A stretch of 64,000 nt of DNA, taken from assembly GCF_018350175.1 (NCBI RefSeq), contig NC_058368.1, forward strand, positions 119,476,001-119,540,000, written 5' to 3'. Each line of letters starts with the position of its first letter. Positions within the stretch are counted from its first letter, which is position 1. Below, one piece after another: positions 1 to 13,069 of the stretch. The notes below the pieces were generated by a model. It saw nothing but the letters and a program-made list of their open reading frames with translations. It ran no database searches and was not told where the DNA came from. Made by a program: the position numbers and the translations under genes. Source of the stretch: Felis catus. Lineage: Eukaryota.

Positions 1-235
1 TAAGACATAATTACAGGGGAAAAAACACTATGATCTCATCTCTATAAGATAAATGTGTGCACACACATACATATGCAGGTAAATGTGTGTAGAGGAATAA
101 GGAAAGATGAGTTCTAAACTTCTGACAGTAATTAGTTACCTACCAGGATAGAGGAGATTAATCATATTTTGTTCTCTGTGTTTCTGAATCAAAATTTTAT
201 ATGAAAATGCATTCTTATACTTCATGTATAGTAAA
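1..235 (+). mobile_element. Old L1 (L1ME-like) 3' UTR fragment
   Basis: A-rich sequence with motifs resembling the L1ME 3' end (…acagtaattagttacctaccagga…, aatgcattcttatacttcatgtata); highly diverged. Confidence 0.45.
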
Positions 236-899
236 AATTTTGAGAACACATTTTAATGTTTGAATTCTTATAAGGAAAAGTTCTCAGTTGAAAGCCTGGA
301 AACTTACAAAAAGTTCAGGAAGTCAATTTGAGAGAAAAATCTAGAAATTTGGAGATTTAAGTATTCCTGCCTCAAGGTTATTCATCATTCACATCTATGC
401 TGGGTATCAATGTTTTTTTTTAAATTTTATTTTTAGTTTAGTTTTTTGAATTATGATACATGACTTGGAAATTTCTCTAATGTTTGTAAGGAGAAATATT
501 CACCCAAGTACTAATTTCTTTGCTCCTAAAGCAAGTTTCTACAATGGAATGTCCCTTCTCTTCAAGCTAGCCAGAACTGGTTCCATTGTGAGTTAACTCC
601 AACAGAGCAGCTCTCTACAACTTCTGCTTTTGGGTTAACTGGGAAAAGAATCAGCTAGTATGCTGCCATAGTCCAGCCTGATCCTGTAACTACTAATGTT
701 CTAAACTGTAGCCTTGCCTTGGCTGAGAACTGCCCATACTGCCATGTAACATAGATGACCAGACATGATGGCCTTGAGAGGTGGCTGATGACACATAGGG
801 TCACCCTAATCCACCAGAACTACAGTGTCGGTGAGGAGTGGGACCAGATTCTCACTTAGGCCTTTCCATCATCATCTATTTTCACCACCAAGCCAATGA

Positions 900-1022
900 A
901 TATGCAAGAATCCCCTACGGAGTTTGATATAAAACAGATTCCTGGACGCCATTCCCTAGAGATTCTGAATCAGTGCATCTGAGGTGGAGCCCAGGATTCT
1001 GCATGATTAATAGGTTTCTCTA
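900..1022. mobile_element. MER5-family hAT-Charlie MITE fragment
   Basis: cagattcctggacgcc…agagattctgaatcagtgcatctgaggtggagcccaggattctgcat resembles the MER5A/B core. Confidence 0.7.
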
Positions 1023-1026
1023 ATAT

Positions 1027-1527
1027 TGTAGGTAGAATAATGCTTCCTCACCAATAAAAAAGAGGTCCATATATTAGTCTTTGGGATTTGTGAATATATG
1101 AACTTACAAGGCAAAAGGACTTAGCAGATGTGTAAATTAAGGATTTTGAGATGAGGAGATTATTTTGGAGACTGTCTAGACGGGTCTGATGTAATCACAG
1201 GGTCCTTAAATGTGAAAGGGGAAGCAGAAAAGTCAGGGTAAAAGTGACAGAATAGAACAAAGACTCCACCAGCCATTGCTGGCTTTGAAGTTGGAAGGGG
1301 CCCACAATCCAAGGAATGCAGACAGCCACCAGGAGCTGGAAAAGACAAGAAAACAAATTGTCCCCTAAAGCCTCCAAAAGGAACACTAGACTGCTAACAC
1401 ATTGATTAGCTCAGTGAGACTCATTTAAGACTTCTGACCTATAGAACCGTAAGATAATAAATGTATGTTGTTTCAAGCCATTCAATTTGTGGTAATTTTG
1501 TTACTGCAGCAATAGAAGACCAATACA
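1027..1527 (+). mobile_element. MLT1D-like MaLR solo LTR
   Basis: TG…CA termini; ggcaaaaggacttagcagatgtg, gtaatcacagggtccttaaa and 3' end tttgttactgcagcaatagaagaccaataca. Confidence 0.85.
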
Positions 1528-1574
1528 CATAAAGTTATGGTAAAAGTCCTTTGTCCTCTTTCCTCTCTATACTC

Positions 1575-2600
1575 TTTCTCATTGTAATGCCTTCCAATCT
1601 CATGGCTATAAGTATCATCTTTATGCCAAAGATCCCTAAATTTAAACTCTGCAAAACTTCCCTCCTGAATTCTAGACTCACATATCTAATGGCCTTCTCT
1701 ACATCTCCAACTGTAAATTAATACACACCTCAAGCTTGACCTGTCCCAAACTAAACTACTAATGTACTCTTTCCCTCCCTCCAAAATCTTCTCTACTCAC
1801 AGACTTCCCATCTTACTGAGGGTATCTCAGTTCCCCTCTTTCAGGACAAAACTGTGGAAGTCATTCTTCATGCTTCATATCCCATGTTTAATCCATCACA
1901 ATCCATGGAGTATCAGTCGGCACTGATAGGATTTCCAAACTATCGTACGAGTCCAATCATCTTTCATCATGTATCTATTGCCCTGGCTTGATCGTCAACT
2001 GGATTACTACATCACTGCAACAGCATCTTCACTGGTCTCCTGATTTCATCTTGCCCTTCATATTCTATTCTCAACTCAGAAATCAGAGCCATACACTAAA
2101 ACACATCAGATCTCTCAACTCTTTGCTCAGAATCCACATTAGCTCCCTATTAATCCACAAATCTACAAGTCCTAAACAATCCACCCTTCCTGCCATTACC
2201 TCCCTGACATCATCTCCTTCTGCTCCCACCTTGCTCTCTGTCTCAGGCACACTCCTCCTGCCTTAGGACTGTCCCCTTTTGGCAGAATGCTCTTCCTGCA
2301 GACACTTGTATCTCTGTCATTTCCTGTGTCCAAACACAACCTTGTCAACAAAGCCCATCCCAGTGAATGGGTCTGAAAACTGGTCTTCACTCCATGCCCC
2401 TGACACTGTTAATCTCCTTTTACAGATCCATTTCTAATAAACACTATTGTTTGCTTATTCATTGTGTCTACTCTTTATTGTTTAACACTCCCCACTAGAA
2501 TGTAGGCCCCATTAGGGCAGGAGTGTGATTCATTAATGTATCTCATGCTCTTATATTAGTACCTATAAAGGACTAAATAATTGTTAAATTTGTTGAGTTA
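1575..2600 (+). mobile_element. L2 LINE 3' portion
   Basis: ctcatggctataagtatcatctttatgcc through cccactagaatgtaggccccattagggcagg to aaataattgttaaat; typical pyrimidine-rich L2 3' end. Confidence 0.8.
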
Positions 2601-4679
2601 GGACCACAGATCACTTTTTGAGAAACAGAATTAAGCATCTCTTGCAAGATGTATTTATCACATCATCATGGTGTCATTAGAATAAAATTCATATAAACTT
2701 GTATTAGTGAGTGTCAGAATTATGTTCTTTTACTAATTTGAGACTTAAGGATTGCAAAATGTCTGCCTCCTGTACCAGATATTCTTTCCTGCTAAAAGGT
2801 CACTTACTTTTGATGGTTTAATGAAGCATTTTAATATGTGGCCCACACAGAACTCTGTCAGGAATGTCATCAGAACATTTTGTCCCTTGAATCTTGAAAC
2901 GAAGTTGTGGATACAGGGAATAAGTTGGGCTTTATTTTTACATTTTTTTGGAAAAACTATAAAAGTCTAGAGTTTTGTATCTTTTGCACTTCTGCCTACT
3001 GAAAGGAACCAAATAGCAAATAATTACTGATCACACAATATTTCTAGCCTAATGCCCAAAGTTTAAGAAAAATATCCAATTGAGGGACACTTCCAAGTAA
3101 ACAGTTTCATGCATTTTGGAGGTCAGACATGTTGTGTTCCAAATATGTAACTGAATTTGTATCTCAATCAATAAAATAACCCAATCATTAAAATTTTCCA
3201 CTTGGTTTTGCTAAATAACCTAGCTTGGTTTGCTCTGAATGAGTAAACTAGTGATATAAAAACAAAATCTACTTTTTCCCTTGTTCTATAGATCTGATTC
3301 CTCCTGCAATGTTTTAAAAAGTGGCAATTGCTGAATACTAGGAATATTCTTCAGAAAGGGTGATTGCACCTTGGCTACCTTGCATTTGAACTTTGCAAAA
3401 CTACTACTGAGCCATATAGTTATTGTGGTCTGTCTGCCTCAGCTTCACACATTCCCTTCCTCTTCTTTTTATCTTTTGAGTCTGAGCTCAAGATCCAATC
3501 TCCTGTACCTTTATCCACTTAATCCCATAGCTTCCTTCCCCTCCCTGTGAAATCATCCCAACCCCTACCAATGTATGTTATAATCCTATGCTGCAATCAT
3601 CTGTTTCCTTTGTAGTTCCCTACTAGCCGATGTCTTTCCTCTTTCTGCCCTTGTTTCTACCAGGGTGTATGGCACATAGTTCTAAGTGGGCACGTGGCAG
3701 TGAATTCTTTGATTGACCAATGGATGATAGATAGAAGGCGCCTTTGGAGATTGGGCCATATGCAGGCAAAGAAATTTTACAGAACCTGATACCTGGGTGT
3801 TAGGTAAGAGAGAACGGCTCTGATCTCTGTATGACTTTATAAAAAAAACCATCACCTTTTCCCCCTTCTGGTCCATCCTGAAGCAAGAAATGAGAGAAAA
3901 TTAGTCTCAATGAGATATTTATTAACATAATAATTCCTTTTATACACGGAGTAACAAAAGCTCAAAGAAATTACAGAGTTTTTCTAGTTATACACATCTA
4001 TCAAATCATTGGAAAAGGGAGAATAAGACAAGTTTTGGCCTAACACTTCATGCAGATCATTCTGCCCAGGGTAGCATTATTATGAGAAAAATGTACCCAG
4101 AGAGGGAGATACCCCCTCTAATACCCCCACTAACACCTCCAGTTCAGCCACCTTTGTAGTATAAGGCAAGCACTGTATCTACATCATTTCACTTCACTCT
4201 ATTTATCCCCTGTAGGGCACTGATGATCAGAGAAGAAAAGCAATGTGCCTTGGGTCATACAGATACCCAGTGGTAGACTTAGAATTTGGCCTCAGGGTTT
4301 TATGACTCCAACATAGGAGCCTTCCATAATAACATGCTGCTTTCAATAAAAAAGAAAAAAATTCAAAGTCTTGGCTGCAAAAGAGCATGATTTGAATCAC
4401 CAGGCATTAATAGAACATAAGTTTTTCACTAAGTATGAAAAACAAGAGGTATAATTATGATTGTATTAGAAGACTCGGGATATGGTGAGTACAAATACCT
4501 TGGTTAATTGGCTCCAGCCTATCCATAGAAGGGCTTCCTGGATTGAGAGGAAATGTCTCTATCAGCTCAGAAGAGAATTAGTTGACTCTGACTTCCTTCA
4601 CAAGCCCTTCACCATTCTTCAGCAATGGTATGAAAAAAGAGAACCACCTGTAAGACCAATGATGTAACTTTCACTAACT

Positions 4680-4890
4680 GAACCATTACTGTATGTCTGG
4701 CACCCAGTGCTTCACAGCCAGCACCTCACTTGATCTCCCGACAACACTATGAAGTCAGTATCTCCATTTTGAATGAAGAAACTGTAAGTTCATCTGCCTA
4801 ACCTTACACAGATAGTAAAAATCAGCTCCTCGGTTTGACTCAACCTTACCTGCCCTGAAGTGCATTCCTTAAACCACTACACTTTATTGC
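4680..4890 (-). mobile_element. MIR SINE
   Basis: acaacactatgaagtcagtatctccattttgaatgaagaaactg…taaaccactacac resembles the MIR core. Confidence 0.65.
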
Positions 4891-5379
4891 CTCTACCTTG
4901 AAGTAGGCAGTTAAGTACAAACAACTACAAATGAGTGACCCTTTGAGATGCTGGTATATTTAAACTAGTGTCTATTAATCTTTATATATTGCCTCTTTCT
5001 CTATTTTTTTTTTCAGAGAAAAGCTTTAGAAAGGGCTGTAGGTTGTATGGAATGTACAGTGGACCTGGTTTTTGCAAACTGTGGCAAAAAGTAAAAAGTC
5101 TTAGCCTCAGCATGTATCTCTCCTGCAGATGAGAACTGCTCCTCTAGGAGAGGCCATCTTTCAAGGAGAGAAACACTTAAAATAAATCAATTCCCAAAGG
5201 ACAACAATTGGTTTAAGGTTTACACAAGAAACAATGGGCCATTTCCCCCTGGTGTCCCAGAATTAATTATTACCTACCTCCCTGGGAACTCAGTGATTTC
5301 TCTGGGATGGCCTGGCTTGACTGAATAAACTGATGAGTTTAGTCCCTAATCCCAATGGATAGCATCCATCAGTCTCTCT

Positions 5380-5835
5380 TTTCAACTCAACCAGAATTTG
5401 CTGAGCACATACTATGTGTCAGGTGCTGTACTGGGTGCTTAAGACAAAGGAAAAGAAAGCAACTGAATCCCTTGAATCATGCTCTCCTGAAACTTAGAGT
5501 CAAATGAGGGATTTCATATTTATCCAAGAATCACACTAAAAGACACACATTAACAAATGGTAATGCAAAGCTTTAAAGGCAGGGATTCAAGTGACAGGAA
5601 ACCATGAAGGAATGCAAATGGGCCTAGAATGGGATTGGGGAATGTTTCACTAAAGAAGTGAAGGCTGAGCTGAGATCTGATTGTGGTAGAAGTAAGATAC
5701 TCCATGCAAGAAGGATGGCATGTGCAAAAGCCATAAGGCAGGAGGCAACAAGGCACACGTAAGGAACATGTAACCTGAAATGAAGGGAAATCAGGCTACC
5801 TAGGTGGGCCTTGCAGCCCTACTTAAGGACCTTTG
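5380..5835 (-). mobile_element. L2 fragment
   Basis: tgctgagcacatactatgtgtcaggtgctgtactgggtgct…gcatgtgcaaaagcc, reverse complement of the L2 3' end. Confidence 0.7.
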
Positions 5836-6964
5836 CCATGGCTCCCAAAGCCCTACATAAGCCTTGATTTAATACAGAGTGTGGGGAGGGATAGCATGCA
5901 CATACCCCTATTTTGAGGTCCTCTAGAACCTCATGTCTAAGATGATGGCTATCTCTCTGAGTTTCAGGCTGGCCCAGGAAGGGGACCCTAGGAGAAGCTC
6001 TTTTTTCTATTTGACTTAGCTCTTCCCTTCTTTTTTTTAATCTTTTGGGGGCCTAAAGGCAGAGATTTTTTTTAAACCACATTTATCAAAGCACCTGGGA
6101 TTCCAGAAATAAGATAAGAAAACAATATTAAAAAAAAAAACCTTATGCTAACTAGAGCTTTATTAGATTGTGACTAGGTACTGTGCTGAGCATTTTACAT
6201 GAATTATCTTATTGAATTTGCTCAGCAAACTGGTAATATAGGAATCCTCAAGGCAATTGTAGGCTGAGGATTCAGAAAGCTGGAACTCTGACTAGTGGAA
6301 AGCAACACAAGCAAATTTACATTGTGGAGGTCTGAGAAGAGCCTTTAAAATGTTTGACCAGTTTCTGCAGGAATACTGAGCAGTGGTTGGCTGTCATTGT
6401 TAATTATGCATGTGGAAAGGGCTTTCTGAAGCCATTAGGAACATCCACCCACAGACCTTTCTCTTTTTGATGTCAGGGACAGGTTCTGTCCTACTCAAGG
6501 TGAGTGAGCAGGCTGCGCATCAGGGATAATCATAATGCTCAGCATTTGTACAGAACAGGTTGTTTCCAAATGGTTTTGTATTCAATGGTGAGGTCACCTT
6601 CAGGGCCTTCCTCTCCTGGGCAGCATGCCTCCCTACCATTAGTCAGACCTCTTGATTCAAAGATAGAAAACCAGCTCAAACTGACCGTAGGAGAAAGGAA
6701 AATGATTGGCTTACATAACTCAAAAGCTTGGGGGAGTCAGGTTCCAGGCTCAACCTGTTCCCAGTTCATTCCCCAGTCTCATTCATATCTCTCCTCTCTC
6801 TGTGTTCCCTCTGAAGTGAATGCCTCCCTGGTCCTTCAACATGACTTATGTGTACCTGCCTTCCAATCATCGAAGGTGCTGTTTATGCCTTCTCCCCCAC
6901 AGTGACTGATTCCTACTCAATTCTCCTCCCACCATTACTAAAAATAAAATGATTGAGCACCTAG

Positions 6965-7520
6965 AGAGGTAGGTAGTCTCTGAAGATGGACCCCACCAAG
7001 GAACCACACCGCTGACAGTCATACCCCTGTTTGGTCCTCTCCCTCACCAATCTGGGCTGGCACTGGAGTTGCTTTAACCAATAGTATGCAGCAACAGTGG
7101 CTCTACCCCAGGGTCCCACCTAGGCCTTACAAAGGCATGGCAGCTTCTATTTTTGCACTCGTGAGATATCTTAGCTGTCATTTAAGAAGTCCAGTCATTC
7201 TGCTGCAGACACCACACAGAGAGGCCATATGGAATAGAAGAGCCCCTGGAATGGCATGGACAGAGAGGCCCAGCTGTCTCAGGCATCGCTGCTGAGTCCA
7301 AGTCTTCCAGCCAGCCCTGCCAAGGTACCAGAGATCAGAGGGAGCCACTGTGGACATTCCTACCCATCTGAGCCTCTGGATGATGGCAACTGAAGATGAT
7401 GGTGTGTGGAGTAGAAAAATCCTCAGTGGAGTCCCACCAACACGTAGAATCATGAAAATTAATAAACAGTAGTAAATCCACATTTGGGGTGGATTGTTAC
7501 ACAGCAATGATAAACAAAAC
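6965..7520 (+). mobile_element. MLT1G/H-type MaLR solo LTR
   Basis: gctttaaccaatagtatgcagc, ggcatggcagcttc and 3' end tttggggtggattgttacacagcaatgataaac. Confidence 0.75.
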
Positions 7521-7895
7521 TGAGCATCTTCCAGGTCGTGTGCTAGTTCTGGGTTTACAATCATAATACAATATGCATGGTCCAGAGCCTTCCACATCTA
7601 CTCAATCTCCCAGGCTCAACCCTTTCAAGGTATTTCCTGACTTTGCTTTTCAAATGAGCTTCCTAATAAGCCCTAACAATACTTTTTACTTCTCCATCAT
7701 AGCTCTTTGCATACTCAGATGAAACTTAATTATTGCATGTCTGTTTTCCCTGGTAGGAGATAAGTACTATGAGGGTAAGGTCCATGCATGTCTAGGTCAC
7801 TGCTGAATCATCTGCACCCCATGTATCACCTGAGGCATGACAGATGCCCAATTGGCATTTGTTGGTCATCTGGCAGTAGCTTCTCTCTAGTCTCC

Positions 7896-7954
7896 TTTTT
7901 TTTTTGATGTTTATTTTTTTTTTTTTGAGGAGTCGGGGGGAAAGACAGAGAGAT

Positions 7955-7999
<45 letters not shown>

Positions 8000-8114
8000 C
8001 TGAAGTGGGCTTTGCGCTGACAGCAAGCCTAATATGAGGCTCGAACGCACAAACGGTGAGATCATGACCTGAACTAAAGTTGGAGGCTTAACTGACTGAG
8101 CCACCTAGGTGCTC
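7896..8114 (-). mobile_element. CanSINE (SINEC_Fc-type)
   Basis: poly(T), (GA)n, gagatcatgacctga…actgactgagccacctaggtgc. Confidence 0.95.
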
Positions 8115-9064
8115 ATGCTTTTTTTTTTTATGTTGGGGAGGATGCTGGGATGATGACTCTTTCATTTGCCATGGGACAACTGAGAGAAGACTTTTTAAGG
8201 GGGTTGGAATGCTCAAGTCCTACAAAAGCAACCTGAACCTAAAAGATACATTCCTTTAAAACAAGGATCTTTTGCTTATTTTCATATGGAAATTATATGC
8301 ATAGTAGTTTCCTGGTTTTTGTTTGTTGTGATTTTCTCCATGTATTTCCCTCAAAAGAACTTAACCTACTAGAACCTTTTTCATTCTACCCCAAAACCTT
8401 CAAAGGCCTGGCTGCTATAAAGGAGGATAAAAGAGCAGAAAAGAGTATTTTTTGGTAGATTTTAGAGGCATAGGAAGGTGTAATGTTCAATTTTCAGAGG
8501 AGCACAGATCATGGCTTTTGGAGTCTGCTAGACTGACACAAAATAAAGACTAGAACCTTTACTTTCCATTGTGGGCCCTGGGTCCCTCTCTGTCTTAAAT
8601 CAGCAAACTCATCTGGGGTTGAAAGCACTTCCTGTTAGCTGGCTCTGAATCAGCTATTCCTCTGGCCCAGATTCCATTCTCTCATCTGACTGGAAACTTA
8701 TAGCAACTTTGCTGAAGCAGTTCTAGCAATATGCTTGAGAAACAGCCTTATCAGCCAAGAACATTTACATGTGGTTTGGATTTAATATATGTGCTAGATT
8801 TAAAATATCTTCTTTACTGGTTGATGGATCATTAAGCGTTCTACTGTTTGCTGAAAGCTAAGGCTTTTCTCTGTGGTTATTCCTTATCTGCCATGGCAGC
8901 TAAAGAATTCACAAACTATGTGACATAATCCAGTATCATGGAATAAGGACAATAAAATTAACAACCTTTCATGTAATAACAACATGAAAGGTATTATGTG
9001 ATTTAATGAAAAAATAATGCAAGTTAGCAATGCAAATATGGCATAGTGATTCCAATTGGTGGTC

Positions 9065-9265
9065 TTTTTTTTTTTTTAAGAGAGAGCAAGAGCACCAGCT
9101 GTGTGTGGGGGGAGGAGTGGAGGAAGAGGGAGAGGGAGAATCTTAAACAGACTCCACGCCCAGCTTGGAGTCTGACAAAGGGCTCAATCTCATGAACCAT
9201 GACATCATGACCTAAGCCAAAATCGAGAGTTGGACATTTAACCAACTGAGCCACCCAGGTGCCCC
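9065..9265 (-). mobile_element. CanSINE (SINEC_Fc-type)
   Basis: poly(T) start, ends accaactgagccacccaggtgcccc. Confidence 0.95.
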
Positions 9266-9494
9266 AGCCAATAAGTGTTTTCTTATACTAGCTGCATGAT
9301 CTTGGGCAAATTACTCCTCTTTGAAACTCAACTTCCTTCTAAAAAATGGAGACAATAATTCCTATCTCAATAATTTCTCATAAGGATAAAAAATAAATTT
9401 ATTTATTCATTATCTATCCATCAACAAATTTATGGATTGCCTACTATGTCTCAGGTAGTGTGCTAGTCACAAAATCCCCACTCTTAATTAACTA

Positions 9495-9497
<3 letters not shown>

Positions 9498-9532
<35 letters not shown>

Positions 9533-9540
9533 CGTGTGTG
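9498..9540. repeat. (TG)n microsatellite
   Basis: direct reading. Confidence 0.95.
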
Positions 9541-9574
9541 CAGAAGACGCAACGAATAAACAAGTAAACTAATT

Positions 9575-10090
9575 GAGGTCTTCACAGGAAACAGATGGCT
9601 CAGTCCAGCAGGGTAATTGATTGGAGAGAGTTTAATAAAGAGACTTATTAGAAAGGTGTTACAGGATTATGGGAAACCAACAAGGTATGGTGAAGTACCC
9701 TGGGGCTCTAGCAATAGCAAAGAGCTGCTACCTCCCTAAGCCTTAAAGGTTAGAGGAGGGGAGCAGTCATAGACAGGAACCCAGTGAGAGATACCTGCAG
9801 CTATGGGAAAACACTGTCCAGTATTCCTGTGGCCAAGGAAAAAGAAAAAGAAACACTACAACAGCAGCATGGCAGGAAGGGAGACAGGGAGTTAACACTC
9901 CAAACTTGCCCTCCTCCCATAGTCCCATCTCTTGCCAGTGGCCACCACTGGCTAAACCTAACTAGAATCTAGAAGGCCAGGGGCCAGAATGTCCATGTGA
10001 CACAGTCCACACTGGTGAGCCTCCCAAGACACAGAACGAGTCCAAAGAGTAGAGAGTGAATCAGGAGAGACAAAAAGAAAATCTAGCAGA
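9575..10090 (-). mobile_element. Old MaLR LTR (MLT1M/N-like)
   Basis: caggaaacaga…gagagtttaataaagagacttatt…gggaaaccaacaaggtatggtgaagtaccc resembles old MLT1 subfamilies; it interrupts an L2. Confidence 0.5.
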
Positions 10091-10094
10091 GAAG

Positions 10095-10850
10095 TTAACA
10101 TGTAATGTCTCAGATGGTGGGAGGTGCCATGGAGGAAAATAAAGCAGGGTAATAGGGATGGGAGACATTTGGCAGATAGGGCATTGTTAGGCTGTTTTAC
10201 ATGGGAAAGTCAGGAAAGAGCTCTCTAAGGAGGCAGCATTAGATTGGAGGAGGCCTATAGGAAGTGAGAGATTGAGCCATGTGTTAAACAAGAGGAAGAA
10301 CCTTTCAGGCCTAGGAAACAGCAGATGCAAAGGCCCTGAGAAGGAAGCATACTCAGTATATTCAAGAAATGATAAGGAGGTTAGTATGGCTGGAGTAGAG
10401 TAAGGGGAGGGTGAAAGAAAATTCAGTCAGAGAGCCAGATCATGGATGGCATTTTGGGCTTTTATGTGATCATGATGGGGAGCCACTAGAAGGGTATGAG
10501 CAGAGAAATAAATGAGCAGACTTACATTTAAATATAAAGTGTATCTATTAATGATGAGAATGAACTGAATAAGAGCAAGAATGGGCCAGGAAACCATCCA
10601 GAAGTTCATGTTAATAATCTCAGGGGAAAGATGATGACAGCTTGGATCAGGTACAAGTTGAGAATATATAAGAAATGAGTGAATTCTTACATATTTTGAA
10701 GGTAAAGAAGACAGCACTTTCTGATGAATTGAATAAGGATTACGAGAGAAAGAGTGAAGAATGACTTCAAGGCTTTGGACATTAGCAGCTAGAATGAAGA
10801 AGTTGCCATTTGCTGAAATCAAGAAGACCAGGGAAGCGACAGGTTTGGGG
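10095..10850 (-). mobile_element. L2 fragment
   Basis: gcagatgcaaaggccctgag, ggagccactagaagggtatgagcag, aagaatgacttcaaggctttgg. Confidence 0.8.
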
Positions 10851-11625
10851 GTTATAAAAAAACACTCTGTAAATGATCAGTGCACTACCCTTACCACTGC
10901 CTTAGTAGCAATTCGACCGACAATATTCTTACACAAGTAAAGCATGACTCAAATGCCTTCAGCCTTCCCTATTAGGACCTCTTCTCCAGCAATTTTAAGA
11001 TTCAGATAATTTAGTTCTATCTCGTCCATATCAATCATATCTCAACCTGATTCCCTGTCCTTCACATTTATCATGTTGTCCTTGTCTACCCCATCCCTTC
11101 ACATTTAGGTTTACATTTTTTCTTTGCCTGAATCCCTTACCTTTGGCCCATAGAGCTTCTTCCCAGCTTTCAAAGTCCATCTCAGTTCTCATATAACCCA
11201 CAAAAATTCCTCAGACTGTATCATTTGACATTCACACAACAGGTATAAAAGGAAGGTTCATAAATTATGAATGTTTGTGATATTCCTTCTCCAAGAGTGA
11301 AGATTCCCATTCACTAGGTTAGAACTAGGGGTTTCCTTTGGAGGTAAGATGTCAAAAAATCAGCAGAAAAAAATACAAAACTGTGGAATCCAGAGAGGTT
11401 AAACAGCTTCATATATTAAAGAGCAGAGATCGAGGAGACAGAAACAGTTGAGAGAGTATACATGAGAGTGGGGAAAATATGTAATATATATAATATATAT
11501 TATTGTTTTCCAGAGAGGAGGACACAATGAGGTGGAGAGGAAGACTGGAATAGCCATCATGCTTGTGAGAGTAATTGAGAGAGAGAGAACAGAACAAGAA
11601 GATTCTCTAAAAAGTGTTGAAGTAT

Positions 11626-11831
11626 GGGGCACCTGCGTGGCTCAGTCAGTTGAATGTCCGACTCCAGCTCAGGTCATGATCTCCCGGTTTGTGGGTTTGA
11701 GCTCCACATCGGGCTCTGGGCTGACAGCTCAGAGCTTGAAGCCTGCTTCAGATTCTGTGTCTCTCTCTTTCTCTGCTTCTCCCTTGCTCCTGCTCTGTCT
11801 CTCTTTCTAAAATAAGTAAACATTAAAAAAA
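11626..11831 (+). mobile_element. CanSINE (SINEC_Fc-type)
   Basis: ggggcacctgcgtggctcagtcagttga…ctgacagctcagagc…A-rich tail. Confidence 0.95.
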
Positions 11832-11914
11832 TACCTGAAGGTTAGTTGTCTCTTTAAATAAAGTTTGTGATTAGACTAACCATGTTAGTCTAAAACCATG
11901 GTTTTAAGGTTATC

Positions 11915-12890
11915 AGGTGATCAGTATGAGTCTCAGCAAGAAGGTAACATAAGAACGATAATTTGAAGGAGGCAATAGAGTAGCCATCTGGTCGACATCT
12001 AGGCGCAGAGCACTCTGGGTCAAGGTAAAGACCTGTACTAGGACTGTATGTGTATTAAAAGCAGCAGGGGGTTGGGGGCAGGGACCAGTGGAGTACCTCA
12101 GCATGAGCAAGGAGCAGAAATGTTATAGATGAATTAGAGAGGCAATGGGCCAGATTATGTAGGGTCCCAGAGGCCATTATAAAGATTTTGCTTTTCATCT
12201 GAATAGGAAGCCATCATGATTTGAGGCAGAGGGGTGACATGGTCTGACTTACGTTCTTAGAGCATCACTCTCGTGAACTGAGAATAAACTATGGAGGTGG
12301 AAACAAGGCTGCAAACAGGAAGACCAGTTAAGGAGCCACTGCAGTAACCCAGTAATCCAGTTGATAACTGCTCAGATCTTAGTAGTAGCCGTGGACATAA
12401 TGTAAAGTGATCAGCTTGTGAACACATTTTTAAAGTAAACCCAATAGGATTTATAACAAATTATTTTGGGAGTCTCAAAGAAAGAGTGACAACTCCCAGG
12501 TTTTTGGTCCCAGTAACCAGAAGAATGTAGTTCTTGTTAACTAAGAGGGTGTCAGTGGGATAGGTTTTTGTTGTGACTGACGAGGCTAGCTGGGATGGGG
12601 AGAGATGAGGAATTTAGTTATGACTAAACTCCCTGCCATATTTGAAAAACCTTTTAGATCTCATAATGAGCATATGTAGTAGATAGCTGGACATATAAAT
12701 ACAAGGCTCAGGGGAGAAGGTGAGATAGAGAGGTAAGTCTGAAAGTCATTGACATATATTTGGCATTTAAAGTCATGACATCGGATGAGCTCAACAAAGT
12801 GGTGCGTATAGATACAGAAGAAAGAAAACAAGACTAAAAGCTGAATTTTGAGTGTTCCAATGGTAAGAGATCAGACTGAAGAGAAGGAAG
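11915..12890 (-). mobile_element. L2 fragment
   Basis: gggccagattatgtaggg, caggaagaccagttaaggag, gtcattgacatatatttggcatttaaagtcatga. Confidence 0.75.
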
Positions 12891-13069
12891 CAGCATATGA
12901 TCTACTTTCCTTCTGATTCCTTCAAAGAATACAGGAAAAATACTGAACACACAGAAGATGCCTGATACTACATGCTGCTTGATGAGAAGGTGATAAACTG
13001 GTAAAGATGAGTAGTTCTTCAAGGGCCAGACAGATTAGCTACAGATTTCAAATGACTGGTGAAGGACTG

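Noticed and set aside
405..490. Poly(T) tract with flanking aatgttt as a possible retro-insertion
   Set aside because: The putative TSD is only 7 bp of low complexity; insufficient evidence.
6504..7597. ORFs of 133 and 139 aa
   Set aside because: The 139-aa ORF lies largely in the MLT1 LTR and the other shows no coding-like features.
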